Source of the DNA: Betaproteobacteria bacterium
Lineage (GTDB): Bacteria; Pseudomonadota; Gammaproteobacteria; Burkholderiales; SG8-39
Assembly: GCA_947476535.1 (NCBI GenBank)
Contig: CANJRC010000001.1
Coordinates: forward strand, 60,023-124,022
DNA: 64,000 nucleotides
Reading direction: 5' to 3'
A program made the translations under genes and the position numbers. The notes below the pieces were generated by a model. The model did not search any database and was not told the origin of the DNA. It saw nothing but the letters and a program-made list of their open reading frames with translations. Every line of letters begins with the position of its first letter. Positions within the stretch are counted from its first letter, which is position 1. This document shows positions 51,622 through 61,100 of this stretch, one piece after another.

Positions 51622-51897
51622 ATGCCACTCTATGTATATGCCCCCATCTCCGGCCAGTGCGACCAATGCCATGGCCACTTCGAAGTCATGCAACGCCTGG
51701 CCGAGGACAGACTGACGCAATGCCCGACCTGCGCGAAGCCCTGCGAGCGGCAGATCTGCGCGGTGCGCCTGGGCGGGAAATATTCGACCTCGGATTCCGC
51801 GGTCAAGGCGGCCGGCATGACCAAGTACCGCAAAGCCGAGTCCGGCGTGTATGAACGCGTGGTCGGCAACAGCGGGCCGAAGATACTCAATCGGTAG
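51622..51897 (+). CDS. FmdB-family zinc-ribbon protein (CxxC_CxxC_SSSS type)
   Basis: MPLYVYAPISGQCDQCHGHFEVMQRLAEDRLTQCPTCAKP matches the MP.Y.Y.C..C...FE........C..C signature. Confidence 0.8.
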   Translation: MPLYVYAPISGQCDQCHGHFEVMQRLAEDRLTQCPTCAKPCERQICAVRLGGKYSTSDSAVKAAGMTKYRKAESGVYERVVGNSGPKILNR

Positions 51898-51900
51898 TGT

Positions 51901-51931
51901 GACCGCGCGGCTTGCTACGCAAGCTCAGCCG
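51901..51931 (+). repeat. REP-like palindrome, copy 3 (GACCGCGCGGCTTGCTACGCAAGCTCAGCCG)
   Basis: Lies 3 nt after the fmdB-like stop. The inner stem carries a compensatory C-G to T-A change relative to copies 1 and 2. Confidence 0.75.
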
Positions 51932-51982
51932 AAATGGCGCCACGCAGTCAAGGAACGTCAAGCCCCGCACAAAAAAATTTGT

Positions 51983-52014
51983 GCAGGTGCAAAAAAACAA
52001 CCTGCCCTTTTTTT
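51983..52014 (+). terminator. Rho-independent terminator candidate
   Basis: GCAGGT (51983-51988) pairs with ACCTGC (52000-52005) and is followed by CC and T7 (52008-52014). An overlapping palindrome GCACAAA-AAAA-TTTGTGC lies at 51967-51984. Confidence 0.55.
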
Positions 52015-52200
52015 AAGCAACCCAGATCATGGCCCGTCACATGCGGTGGTTGCGGGGTGGCGGCAATTCGGCGGCCCGAGTTGTCCACAGAAGCTGTGGG
52101 TAATTTCCGCGGACGCCACCGGCAATAGTGCTTGCGCGGCAGAAAAAAATCGGCTAAAGCGACAGCCCGCCAATCGCAATAAGGGCCGCCAACGCGGCGC

Positions 52201-52545
52201 TCATTTCAGCAATTTTGCCAGCGCATCCGGATCGAACCCCACGTGTACCAGCGCGCCTTTTTCAATCACCGGGCGCTTGATCAGGCTGGTGTTGTCGAGC
52301 ATCAGCGCGATGGCGTCCGCCTGCGTGCTGACCGCCTGCTGGGCCGGGGTGAGCTTGCGCCAGGTGGTGCCGCGCGTGTTTACCAGCGTCTTCCAGCCCA
52401 CTTTCTTGCACCAATCGGCGAGCCGCGCGCAATCCACGCCCTCCTTCTTGTAGTCATGGAAGCGATAACCAATGCCTTCCTTGTCCAGCCAGGCAAAGGC
52501 CTTCTTCATGGTGTCGCAATTCTTGATGCCGTAGATGGCGATCAT
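52201..52545 (-). CDS. ArsC/Spx-family reductase-like protein (YffB type)
   Basis: MIAIYGIKNCDTMKKAFAWL N-terminus with a single Cys. 114 aa. Confidence 0.8.
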   Translation of the reverse strand: MIAIYGIKNCDTMKKAFAWLDKEGIGYRFHDYKKEGVDCARLADWCKKVGWKTLVNTRGTTWRKLTPAQQAVSTQADAIALMLDNTSLIKRPVIEKGALVHVGFDPDALAKLLK

Positions 52546-53525
52546 CGGGAATCTCCGCTGTCCTGGTCATGCTCGATTGCCGCACTGGCTTGGTCGACTT
52601 CGTTGTTGCGGCCTTTCCTGGCCTCCACCTTGGCCTTCCTTGCTTCGGCGGCTTGTTGCGCGAGCAGGTCTGCATCCATCATCTCGCGACGGGTGTGCGG
52701 CGTCTCGAGGCTGATGCGCCCGAGCGTTCCGCCGCGATAATCCTGCAACAGCACCAGCGAAGCCTTGCCGAAGTCCGGCTCGCCGCCACGTCCGCGCATG
52801 CCGCGCTTCTTCGCGATGGCCTCGATGAGCGCAATGCCGTCCATGCCCTTGAGGGAGAATCCGTAGCGCGCCGCGAGCAGACTCGGGTAGCGCGCCAGCA
52901 GCAAGTCAGCCAGGTAGGCCGCCACCTCGTCGTCGATGTAGGCATTGCGGCCGATGGAGTGGCTGGCCGCCAGCATCAGGCCGTCGCTCGCATGCTTGAT
53001 GGCCGGCCACATCAGCCCCGGCGTGTCGACCAGCTCCATGCGGTCGCTCAGGTCGTATCTTCCCTGTTGTTTCGTGATGGCCGGCTCGTCGCCGGTGAGC
53101 GCCACGCGCCGCTTGAGGAGCGCGTTGATCAGCGTGGACTTGCCGACGTTGGGAATGCCCATCACCAGCATGCGCAACGGCTTCAACGGGCTGTCGCGGT
53201 GCGGCGCCAGCGCCCCCGCCATGCGCGTGACCTTGGCCGCGTCGCCCGGCTTCTTGCACGACAGCGCGACGGCCGTCACGCCCTTTTCCGCGCCAAAGGC
53301 ACGCAGCCAGGCCGCGGTGGCATCAGGGTCGGCGAGGTCGGCCTTGTTGAGCACCTTGAGGCAGGGTCGCTGCCGCTTGGCGCGCAGCTCGGCAATCATC
53401 GGGTTGGTGCTGGCGCCCGGCAGGCGTGCGTCGAGCACCTCGATGACCACGTCGGTGGTCGCCATGGTCTCGGCCGCCTTGCGGCGCGCTGCGGTCATGT
53501 GGCCGGGATACCAACCGATTGCCAT
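52542..53525 (-). CDS. ylqF: Ribosome biogenesis GTPase YlqF/RbgA
   Basis: WYPGHMTAARRK start. Circularly permuted GTPase motif order: NKADL (G4) precedes GIPNVGKSTLIN (G1) and DTPG (G3). Confidence 0.88.
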   Translation of the reverse strand: MAIGWYPGHMTAARRKAAETMATTDVVIEVLDARLPGASTNPMIAELRAKRQRPCLKVLNKADLADPDATAAWLRAFGAEKGVTAVALSCKKPGDAAKVTRMAGALAPHRDSPLKPLRMLVMGIPNVGKSTLINALLKRRVALTGDEPAITKQQGRYDLSDRMELVDTPGLMWPAIKHASDGLMLAASHSIGRNAYIDDEVAAYLADLLLARYPSLLAARYGFSLKGMDGIALIEAIAKKRGMRGRGGEPDFGKASLVLLQDYRGGTLGRISLETPHTRREMMDADLLAQQAAEARKAKVEARKGRNNEVDQASAAIEHDQDSGDSR

Positions 53526-53627
53526 GGACTGGGGAACTCCGAAGTGAAGTAACTACACTTCTTTTACCATGCAGGCGCCCGGCACGGCACAATGATTCCG
53601 GGACACCGACATCCAGGAGAAAAATCA

Positions 53628-54089
53628 ATGACTGACACACCGATCACGCCGGCACCCCGACTCAACGACTGGCACGTGGACCATCTGCGGCGCTACCTCG
53701 CGAGCAACGGCGCCGATGGCCATGTCTGGACATCGCCGCGACCGGAGGCCCCGAACCCGGTGACCATCCTGTTGCTCACGACGACGGGCAGGCGCTCCGG
53801 GAAGCCGTTTACATTTCCGCTTATCTACGGCGCATACGGCAACAGCTTCGTCATCGTGGCCTCCAAGGGCGGCGCCGCGGAACACCCGGGCTGGTACCTC
53901 AACCTGCACGCCAACCCCGCGGTAGAAGTGCAGGTACTGGCCCGGCGCTTCAAGGCCCGCGCCCGCACTGCGGCAGGCGAAGAGCGCGCGAAACTCTGGA
54001 AGCAGATGGCGGATTTCTTCCCGCCCTATGTCGAATACAAGGAGAAGACCGGCCGCGAAATACCGGTCGTGGTGCTGGATCCGCAATAA
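53628..54089 (+). CDS. Deazaflavin-dependent nitroreductase family (DDN-like) protein, paralog of 51130..51597
   Basis: CAGGAGA RBS. Collinear with the first copy (LLTTTGRRSGKPF...VASKGGAAEHPGWYLNL...IPVVVLDP). Confidence 0.75.
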   Translation: MTDTPITPAPRLNDWHVDHLRRYLASNGADGHVWTSPRPEAPNPVTILLLTTTGRRSGKPFTFPLIYGAYGNSFVIVASKGGAAEHPGWYLNLHANPAVEVQVLARRFKARARTAAGEERAKLWKQMADFFPPYVEYKEKTGREIPVVVLDPQ

Positions 54090-54193
54090 GGTACCGGCTG
54101 CGGAGTGAATTTTTGCGCCCCCTGATGCCTACGAGCATCAGGGCAGGCATCCCCAATTTCGCAAAGAGTACCGCACGTCATCCAGGCAATGCC

Positions 54194-54230
54194 AAAAAAG
54201 AAACGCCACCCCGCACAAACGGAGTGGCGT
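54194..54230 (-). terminator. Rho-independent terminator candidate for 54278..55312
   Basis: The minus strand reads ACGCCAC-(14 nt)-GTGGCGT followed by TTCTTTTTTGG. It lies 48 nt after the stop. Confidence 0.6.
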
Positions 54231-54277
54231 CATGGTTTCGGACGGCGCCCAATGGACAGGGCACCATGCAGCAAGGG

Positions 54278-55312
54278 CTACGGCTTGAACAGCTTGTTCC
54301 ACTTCACCAAGTAGTTCTTCTGGAACTCCGGCGTGTAGCGGAACGGATCCCAGATGTTCATGGTCTTGGCATCCAATGAACCCGGGACGCCCGCCATGGG
54401 GCTGGCGGTTTCACCCCTGCCGTTCCAGGCGGTCTGTCCGCGCTTGGACATGATGAAATCCATGAACACCAGCGCCGCGTTCGGGCGCTTGGCATGCGCC
54501 ACGGCCGCCATCACGTCGGCACTGCCGAAGGCCGGGTTGGTCAGCACGGTCTTGATCGGTGCGCCCCCAGCGATCAACGGGTTGGCAATGGCGTAGATGC
54601 TCATGAGGGTGCCGGCAAGTTCGCCAGACGCCGTGCCCTGCGTGATCGGCACCACACCCACGGCGAGTTTCGGTCCCTGTGCAGCGAACTTCTCCAGGAA
54701 ATCCGCGCCCTGGGTCTTTTCCACCCACTCGTAGTACGCGAATACCGTTTCTGCGACCATGTCCGACGCCCCCACCCGGCCCTTGAACTCGGGTCGGAGC
54801 AGATCGCGATAGCCGGTAACCGGGGTCTTGATCAGGTTGGTGTTGTAAGACAGGAAAAACGGCTGGATGGCGATGATCGGCACCACCCCGTACAACAGGT
54901 ATTCCTTGGGAAAATCAGCAGTCGCCGGCCCGATCGGTTTCATGAAGTAGTTCTCGGCCGCCTTCTCCTTGTACCAGATGGCATTGGCGTACTGGGTGAT
55001 GTCGGCGCCATCGATGTTCATCTTCTTCTCGTTCTCGATCACCGCCATGTGTTGCGCCGGCTGGACCTGGCGCTTGGACTCGACGCGGATCTCGGGATAG
55101 ACCGCCTGGAAATCCTTGATGACGCGCTCGATCAGCGGCGACACGGTCTGGTAGTAAATGACGAGATTGCCTTCCTTCTTTGCGGCCGCGACGATCTTCT
55201 GCCAGTTGGCATCGCCTTGGGCAAAGGACAGGGGAGCCCACGCTGCCACAAGGGCAACCAGCGCAACCAAGCCGATTCTTGAAAACCATCCGGTGTTGGA
55301 TGTGAACTTCAT
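54278..55312 (-). CDS. ABC transporter substrate-binding protein (extracellular solute-binding family 1, Fe3+/polyamine-like)
   Basis: AGGAGGCAGCA RBS before ATG 55312. Signal peptide ending SFAQG. KEGNLVIYY N-terminal motif. Confidence 0.7.
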   Translation of the reverse strand: MKFTSNTGWFSRIGLVALVALVAAWAPLSFAQGDANWQKIVAAAKKEGNLVIYYQTVSPLIERVIKDFQAVYPEIRVESKRQVQPAQHMAVIENEKKMNIDGADITQYANAIWYKEKAAENYFMKPIGPATADFPKEYLLYGVVPIIAIQPFFLSYNTNLIKTPVTGYRDLLRPEFKGRVGASDMVAETVFAYYEWVEKTQGADFLEKFAAQGPKLAVGVVPITQGTASGELAGTLMSIYAIANPLIAGGAPIKTVLTNPAFGSADVMAAVAHAKRPNAALVFMDFIMSKRGQTAWNGRGETASPMAGVPGSLDAKTMNIWDPFRYTPEFQKNYLVKWNKLFKP

Positions 55313-55410
55313 TGCTGCCTCCTTATTGAACAGACATTGCAACAGTGACGACAGGTGTATTGCAACGAGAAGCCCAAGCCTCTCGTTACTTCAAACCACA
55401 GCGAGATCCT

Positions 55411-56424
55411 CTAGCACTTCCAGTTCTTGCTGAAACTGGTGTCCACGATCTCGTTGAACTTGGGTTGGATCTTCAGGATATTGGAATCCTGCATGAGCTT
55501 GATCCAGGACATGGTCGGCGCTTCGGGAATGTCGACCTTCCAGGCGACCGCACTGGCGACCAGGCCCGCCTTGACAATGGCGGCATCCGCACCGGTATTG
55601 GCACCATACCGCTCTGCCGCCGCGTTGGCCGCCGCATCGACATTCGACATCGCGCGCTTGGCGGCCTGGCAGATCGAGAGCGTGAAGCGCTCGAGCTCGC
55701 CGCGGTTGGAGTTGATCAGGCTCACCGGCGCGAGCACCGCCGCCTGCGGCACCGTGCTGGCGGGGCCGTGCTTGCCTTCGCGCAGGTCGATGAACATGCG
55801 CGCGGTCTTCTTGATCATCAGCGCGGAAGTCACCGGCTCGTTGGTTACGGCGATATCGGCCAGGCCGCGCTCCCAGGAAGCAATCCCTTCGGGGCCGGGC
55901 GGCTGCTCGACATAGGTGACATCATTGTCCGGGTCGAGCCCCGCCTCCTTGAGGAAGGCCTTGATCAGCGAATGCGCCGGCCGGCCATGACCAGGGATGC
56001 CGACTTTCATGCCCTTGAACTGCTTGAAGTCGTTGGGGATCAGGTTGGTCAGGCGCGGCTGCGCGACGATGGAAAACGCGCTGGCGCCATAGGTTGCGAC
56101 GAACGCGCGCCAGGGCGGCACGCCACCGCGCTGCGCCAGCAGCGCGGGCTGCTCGATGCCACTGTTGATGAGGTTGACTGCACCGCTGACACCGGCAGGA
56201 ATCATGTCGGCGGGATTGCGGAAATTCACCACTTCCACATCGACGCCGTTCTGCTTGAAGATGCCCCAGGTATCTGCCAGCCACACCAGCGCCTGCGCGC
56301 CGGTTTGCGAAGTGGCGACCTTGAGCTTGACGCCCTGCGCGAGGGTGCTGCCTGACGCCATCGCCAGGACGCCGAGCGCCGCGGCAAGCATCAAGCGCAA
56401 AGATTTCCCCATTGCCTTGTTCAT
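55411..56424 (-). CDS. ABC transporter substrate-binding protein, NMT1/SsuA-like (NitT/TauT family)
   Basis: AAAGGAGGAAA RBS and a signal peptide. The overall pattern resembles 10443..11438. Confidence 0.65.
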   Translation of the reverse strand: MNKAMGKSLRLMLAAALGVLAMASGSTLAQGVKLKVATSQTGAQALVWLADTWGIFKQNGVDVEVVNFRNPADMIPAGVSGAVNLINSGIEQPALLAQRGGVPPWRAFVATYGASAFSIVAQPRLTNLIPNDFKQFKGMKVGIPGHGRPAHSLIKAFLKEAGLDPDNDVTYVEQPPGPEGIASWERGLADIAVTNEPVTSALMIKKTARMFIDLREGKHGPASTVPQAAVLAPVSLINSNRGELERFTLSICQAAKRAMSNVDAAANAAAERYGANTGADAAIVKAGLVASAVAWKVDIPEAPTMSWIKLMQDSNILKIQPKFNEIVDTSFSKNWKC

Positions 56425-56512
56425 GCGTTTCCTCCTTTTGGATTCGGACTCGGGAACTAACGAGAGCGGGAAGACTAATCCTGTTGCTCTCGTTGCGCAA
56501 TACCCGGCTCTG

Positions 56513-58123
56513 CTAGGTGCCCGCGCGCATCAGGGCGGCCGCCTTCTCCGCGATCATGAGCACCGGCGCATGGATCGGCGCATTCAGCGCGGTTGGCATG
56601 ATGGATGCGTCGACCACGCGCAGGCCCGCGACGCCGCGCACCCTCAACTGCGGGTCCACGACGCTGGCAGCGTCGCCACCCATGCGGCAGGTGCCCAGCG
56701 GATGGTAGGAAGTGCCTCCCCGGGCGCGAATGGCTTCCGCAATGGCTGCTTCGCCTTCAACAGCCGGCCCGGGCTGAATCTCCTGGCTCACGTAACGACT
56801 GAAGGCCTCCCTCTTGAGCATCTGTCGCAGCATGCCCACGCCTCGCGCGAGGCGTCGCAGGTCGTCGGGCTCGGCAAGAAAATCGGATGACACCACCGGC
56901 GCCGCATGGGCGTCGGTGGAATTGAGCCGCAACTCACCAGAGCCGATCGGCCTGCCCAGCGCGAGGCTGACCATGAAGCCCTCCTCCTTGGGCAAGAGAT
57001 CCCGCAGACGCAGCGTGAGGCTGTTGTGCCGCAGCAGTGCGGGCGCGGCAACCATGTAGACGTCCGGCATATCCAATTGCGGTTCGGTGCGGAAATAGCC
57101 GCCAGCAGCGAAGAAGCTCTCGGCAAGCGGCCCCCGGCGACCAAGATAGGCAAGCAGGCAGGCCGCGCCGCGCACCGGATGCATGTACTTGTAGGCCGTG
57201 ACCGGAGCGGAACAGGCGTACTGAAGTTGAAAGTTGGGGTGATTGCGCAGGTTCCGGCCGACTTCACGCGCGTCCACTTCGACGCGAATGCCGAATGATT
57301 CCAATTGGTCGGCTGGACCTATTCCCGACAACATCAGCAATTGCGGGGATTGCAGTGCGCCGCAGCAGATGATGACTTCGCGTCGGGCCTTGAGCACGCG
57401 GCGCACCCCATGCCGTTCGACTTCGACGCCGCACGCGCGGCCGTTCTCGAAAACGATGCGCACGGTCCGTGTGTTCGTCAGCAGGTCCAGATTCGGACGC
57501 CGCAGCGCCGGTTCCAGATAACCCACCGCCGCGCTGATGCGCCGCCCCCTGCCGGCATTGATGTCGTGATAGCCGACACCTTCTTCCGCGTTGCCATTGA
57601 GATCGTCTTGCCGGGGAATGCCGGAGGCCGCCAACGCGGCGATGAACGCTTCGGTGATCGGCAGGCGCGCGCCCGAAGGCTTGACCGAGATGGGGCCGGC
57701 GCGACCGTGCAATGCGGTTTCGCCCAGTGCATGGTGCTCCACGCGCTTGAAAAATGGCAACACATCGTCGAAGGACCAGCCCGTGCACCCCATGCGAGCC
57801 CACGCGTCGTACTCCTTGGCGTAACCGCGCGCGTACACCATGCCGTTGATGGCGCTGCCGCCGCCCACGGACCGACCTTGCGTCCAGCGCAGGCGACGGT
57901 CGCCCAGCGCCGCATTGGGTTCGGTCATGAAATCGGTCTTGTACTGCGGCAGCGCCATCGCCATGCCGGAAAAGCCCGGGATGGACGGCAACGGATGACG
58001 TACCCGAACCCCATGCTCGACGAGGATGACGCGAAGGGCAGGGTCTTCCGTCAGGCGACTGGCAACAACGCACCCGGCCGCACCGGCACCGATGACGAGA
58101 TAATCGCAGGGTTCCATGGACAT
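56513..58123 (-). CDS. GMC family oxidoreductase (third copy in window)
   Basis: CDYLVIGAGAAGCVVASRLTED, GGGSAINGM and HPLGTCRMG...VVDASIMP. Start is ATG 58123 or 58117. Confidence 0.88.
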   Translation of the reverse strand: MSMEPCDYLVIGAGAAGCVVASRLTEDPALRVILVEHGVRVRHPLPSIPGFSGMAMALPQYKTDFMTEPNAALGDRRLRWTQGRSVGGGSAINGMVYARGYAKEYDAWARMGCTGWSFDDVLPFFKRVEHHALGETALHGRAGPISVKPSGARLPITEAFIAALAASGIPRQDDLNGNAEEGVGYHDINAGRGRRISAAVGYLEPALRRPNLDLLTNTRTVRIVFENGRACGVEVERHGVRRVLKARREVIICCGALQSPQLLMLSGIGPADQLESFGIRVEVDAREVGRNLRNHPNFQLQYACSAPVTAYKYMHPVRGAACLLAYLGRRGPLAESFFAAGGYFRTEPQLDMPDVYMVAAPALLRHNSLTLRLRDLLPKEEGFMVSLALGRPIGSGELRLNSTDAHAAPVVSSDFLAEPDDLRRLARGVGMLRQMLKREAFSRYVSQEIQPGPAVEGEAAIAEAIRARGGTSYHPLGTCRMGGDAASVVDPQLRVRGVAGLRVVDASIMPTALNAPIHAPVLMIAEKAAALMRAGT

Positions 58124-58160
58124 TGGGCTCCGGGACAATGACGGGGGCCGCGCCCCACGA

Positions 58161-61100
58161 TCATTCGATCCGCCCCTCCCTGCGATCGCGCTCCACGAGT
58201 TTCACATCGCGCGCAGCCACGGGTCCGTACCCGCCCCCGCTCGCGCCGCGCCAGATCAGCCGCTGCCCGCGCAGCATCTCGAACACATGCCGCGAAGGCA
58301 GCTCGATTTCCTTGCCGTCCGCCGTCACCAGCACCGACTTCGATGGCGTTCCCGGCAGTCCACCCGCGAGGCCCCATGGCGCATGCCGCTTGCGATCCGA
58401 GCGGATCACCACTTCCGCCTTGTCGCACAGCAATTCGTAGGAGCGCGTGATGGCATTGCCGCCGCGATAGGTTCCCTGCCCGCCCGTGCCGCAGGCACTG
58501 CCGTAAGCGAGGATGCGCACCGGGAAGGCGCGCTCCAATACCTCGATCGAAGTGTTGCGCGAATTGCCGATGGGCGGCGCCACGCCCTCGATGCCGTCCG
58601 CCGTCGGTCGCGCGCCGGTGGTGCCGCCCACCGGCTCCACCATGGTGAAGCGACTGCCGTCGTCGCGCAGCCCGCCGATAGTGAGCGGATCGAAGGACCC
58701 GTCGCCCGCCGCCCAGATGCGCCCGGGGAACATCTTCGCCATGGCCCCGAAGATGCAGTCCACCAGCCTGAATGCCGTGAGCCCGCGACTGGCCACCGGC
58801 GCATCGTTGTTGGAATTCACGATGGTGCCAGGCGTCGAGTGGATGGTGAGCAACCGGTAGAAGCCCGCGTTGTCCGGATAGTCCTCGGTCATCTGCGTGC
58901 GCAGGCACCATTGCAGCACCGAGCGCGTGGTGCTGAGCGTCGAATTGATGCCGGCCTTGACCTGCGGGTTCGACCCCGTGAAATCCGCCGTCACCTTGCC
59001 ATCGCGCAGCGCGAGCTTGATGTGATAGCGCACCGGCTCGCCGGTGACGCCATCGTTGTCGAGGTAATCGGTGAACTCGGCTTCGCTGTCGCCCAGCGCC
59101 GACAGTTCCCGCCGCCCCCGCTCCTCGGCGTAGTCGATCAGGTCGGTCATGGCCGAGAGCAGGCGCGGCGTGCCCAGCTCCGTCGCCAGCTCCTGCAGGC
59201 GCTGCGCGCCGATGCGCGTGGCCGCGACGAGACTGTGCAGGTCGCCCAAGGTTTCCACCGGCTGGCGGATGTTGCGCCCGAGGATGGCCTCCACCGCATG
59301 GTTGAGGTGCCCGCGGCTGTACAGGCGCACCGGCGGGATGATGATGCCTTCCTGGATCAGTTCCTTCGCGTTGGTCATGAACGAACCCGCAGCAATACCG
59401 CCAATGTCGATCATGTGCGCGATGGCCACGGTGTGGCCGATCAGCTCGCTGCCGGCGAAGGCCGGGCTCACCAGGATCAGGTCCGGCAGGTGCGTGCCGC
59501 CGTTGTACGGGTCGTTGAGCAGGATGACATCGCCGGGTTCCAGCGGCCCGAGGTCGGAAGCGGCGATGGCCTCCATGGCGGACGTCACCGACCCCAGGTG
59601 AATGAGCACGCCCAGCCCCTGGTTGACCACGCGCCCCTGCGCATCGCAGATCGCCACCGAGAAATCGTGCGAATCGGAGGCCATCGTGGAGTAGGCAGTA
59701 CGCGCGATGGTATAGGCCATGCGATCGACCACCGTGCCCATCTTGTTCTGGAACAGCTCCAATGCCGCCCGTCCGTCCCATCCCGGCGCCGCCTTCACCT
59801 GCGCCGCGCGCGGCGGCAGGCGAATGTCGAGCAGGTCGCTGCCGCAACGCTTCACCGCGCCGCCGCGCGGGATCACCGCCGTGGCCTGGCCGATCTGAAC
59901 CAGCACCGGACCGGGCGTCTCTTTTTCAGACAGATCGGCCATCGACAGGCGCGGGCAGTCGAGCCAGCCCTGTTCGCGACCGAAATACACGCGCGCCGTG
60001 GAAGGTCCCGCCTTTCCTCCCGGCCTCGGGGTGTCCGTCATCGACGCAGCCCCGCTACCCTGTGATGCGAAGCGAGACTCGGCCCTCACGCGCAGGTTCA
60101 CGATTTCGATCTCGCCCTTGGGTGGCAGATGGCCGTATTCGCGCGTGTAGTCGGCGACGAAACGGCCGGACAGCAATTCGCGCAGGTCGCCTGGCTGTTC
60201 GCCATCGCCATGCGGCACCGGAATCGGAATCTCGCTGCTTTGCCCGGCCAGCCTCAGGTCAGCGCGCCATTCGAGTTGCGGTGGCGCCAGCGCATCGCGC
60301 TGCATGCCGGCCTTCAGATCGTTTTCCATGGCAACGAATGCCGCCGTCAGCGCCGCCGAATCCAGCGTCTTCAGCGCGCGCAACCAGGGCTGCTGCGCGT
60401 CGCGACGCACTGCGCAATAGTGCAGGCCCACCGCGCTGAAGCAGTCAGCGGTCACTGGCACGACGATGCGCGTGATGCCCATTTCGCGCGAGATGGCACA
60501 GGCGTGCGCCGGGCCGCCGCCGCCGAACGCGACCAGCGCGAAATCGGCCGGATCGCGCCCGCGTTCGCTGGTGACCGCGGCGATGGCGCGCATCATGTTG
60601 GATGTGGCCACTTCGTTGATGAGCCAGGCCGCCTCTTCGACCGAACACTTCAGCGGTTGGGCCACGTGCTTGTCGATCGCGTTGCGTGCGAGGCCGGCAT
60701 CGAGAGCCACGCCGCCCGAGGCGACACCGGTCTCGTAGATGCCCAGCACGACCTGCGCATCGGTCACCGTGGGCAATGCGCCGCCGCGCCCGTAACACGC
60801 AGGCCCCGGCACCGCACCCGCGCTAGCGGGGCCCACGCGCAGCGCACCCGCCTCGTCCACGCGGCAAATGCTGCCCCCACCCGCGCCCACTTCCACCACA
60901 TCGACGGTGCGACCGCGCACCACGTAGCCGCCGCGATCGCGAAAGCCTTCTCCCGCATGCATCTCGCCACCAATGCGCAGCTCGCGCGTCTCGCCCGGGC
61001 GGCCGTCCTCGATCAGCGCCGCCTTGGCCGTGGTGCCACCCATGTCGAAGGAAATGGCGCGGGCGATCCCCTGCGCGCGGCACAGCTCGCCCGCGAAGAG

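Noticed and set aside
54120-54143. 9-bp perfect hairpin CCCTGATGC-CTACGA-GCATCAGGG after the second DDN-like gene, as a terminator.
   Set aside because: No U tract follows on either strand. It may still be a REP-like or Rho-dependent feature, but I cannot support an intrinsic terminator call.
55330-55375. ATTGCAAC direct repeats (55334-55341 and 55358-55365, with further ATTGCAAC/GTTGCAAT copies at 28878 and 143) as a regulator site.
   Set aside because: The 8-mers are short, have variable spacing and occur in AT-rich promoter DNA. There are too few copies and no consistent geometry to claim a site.
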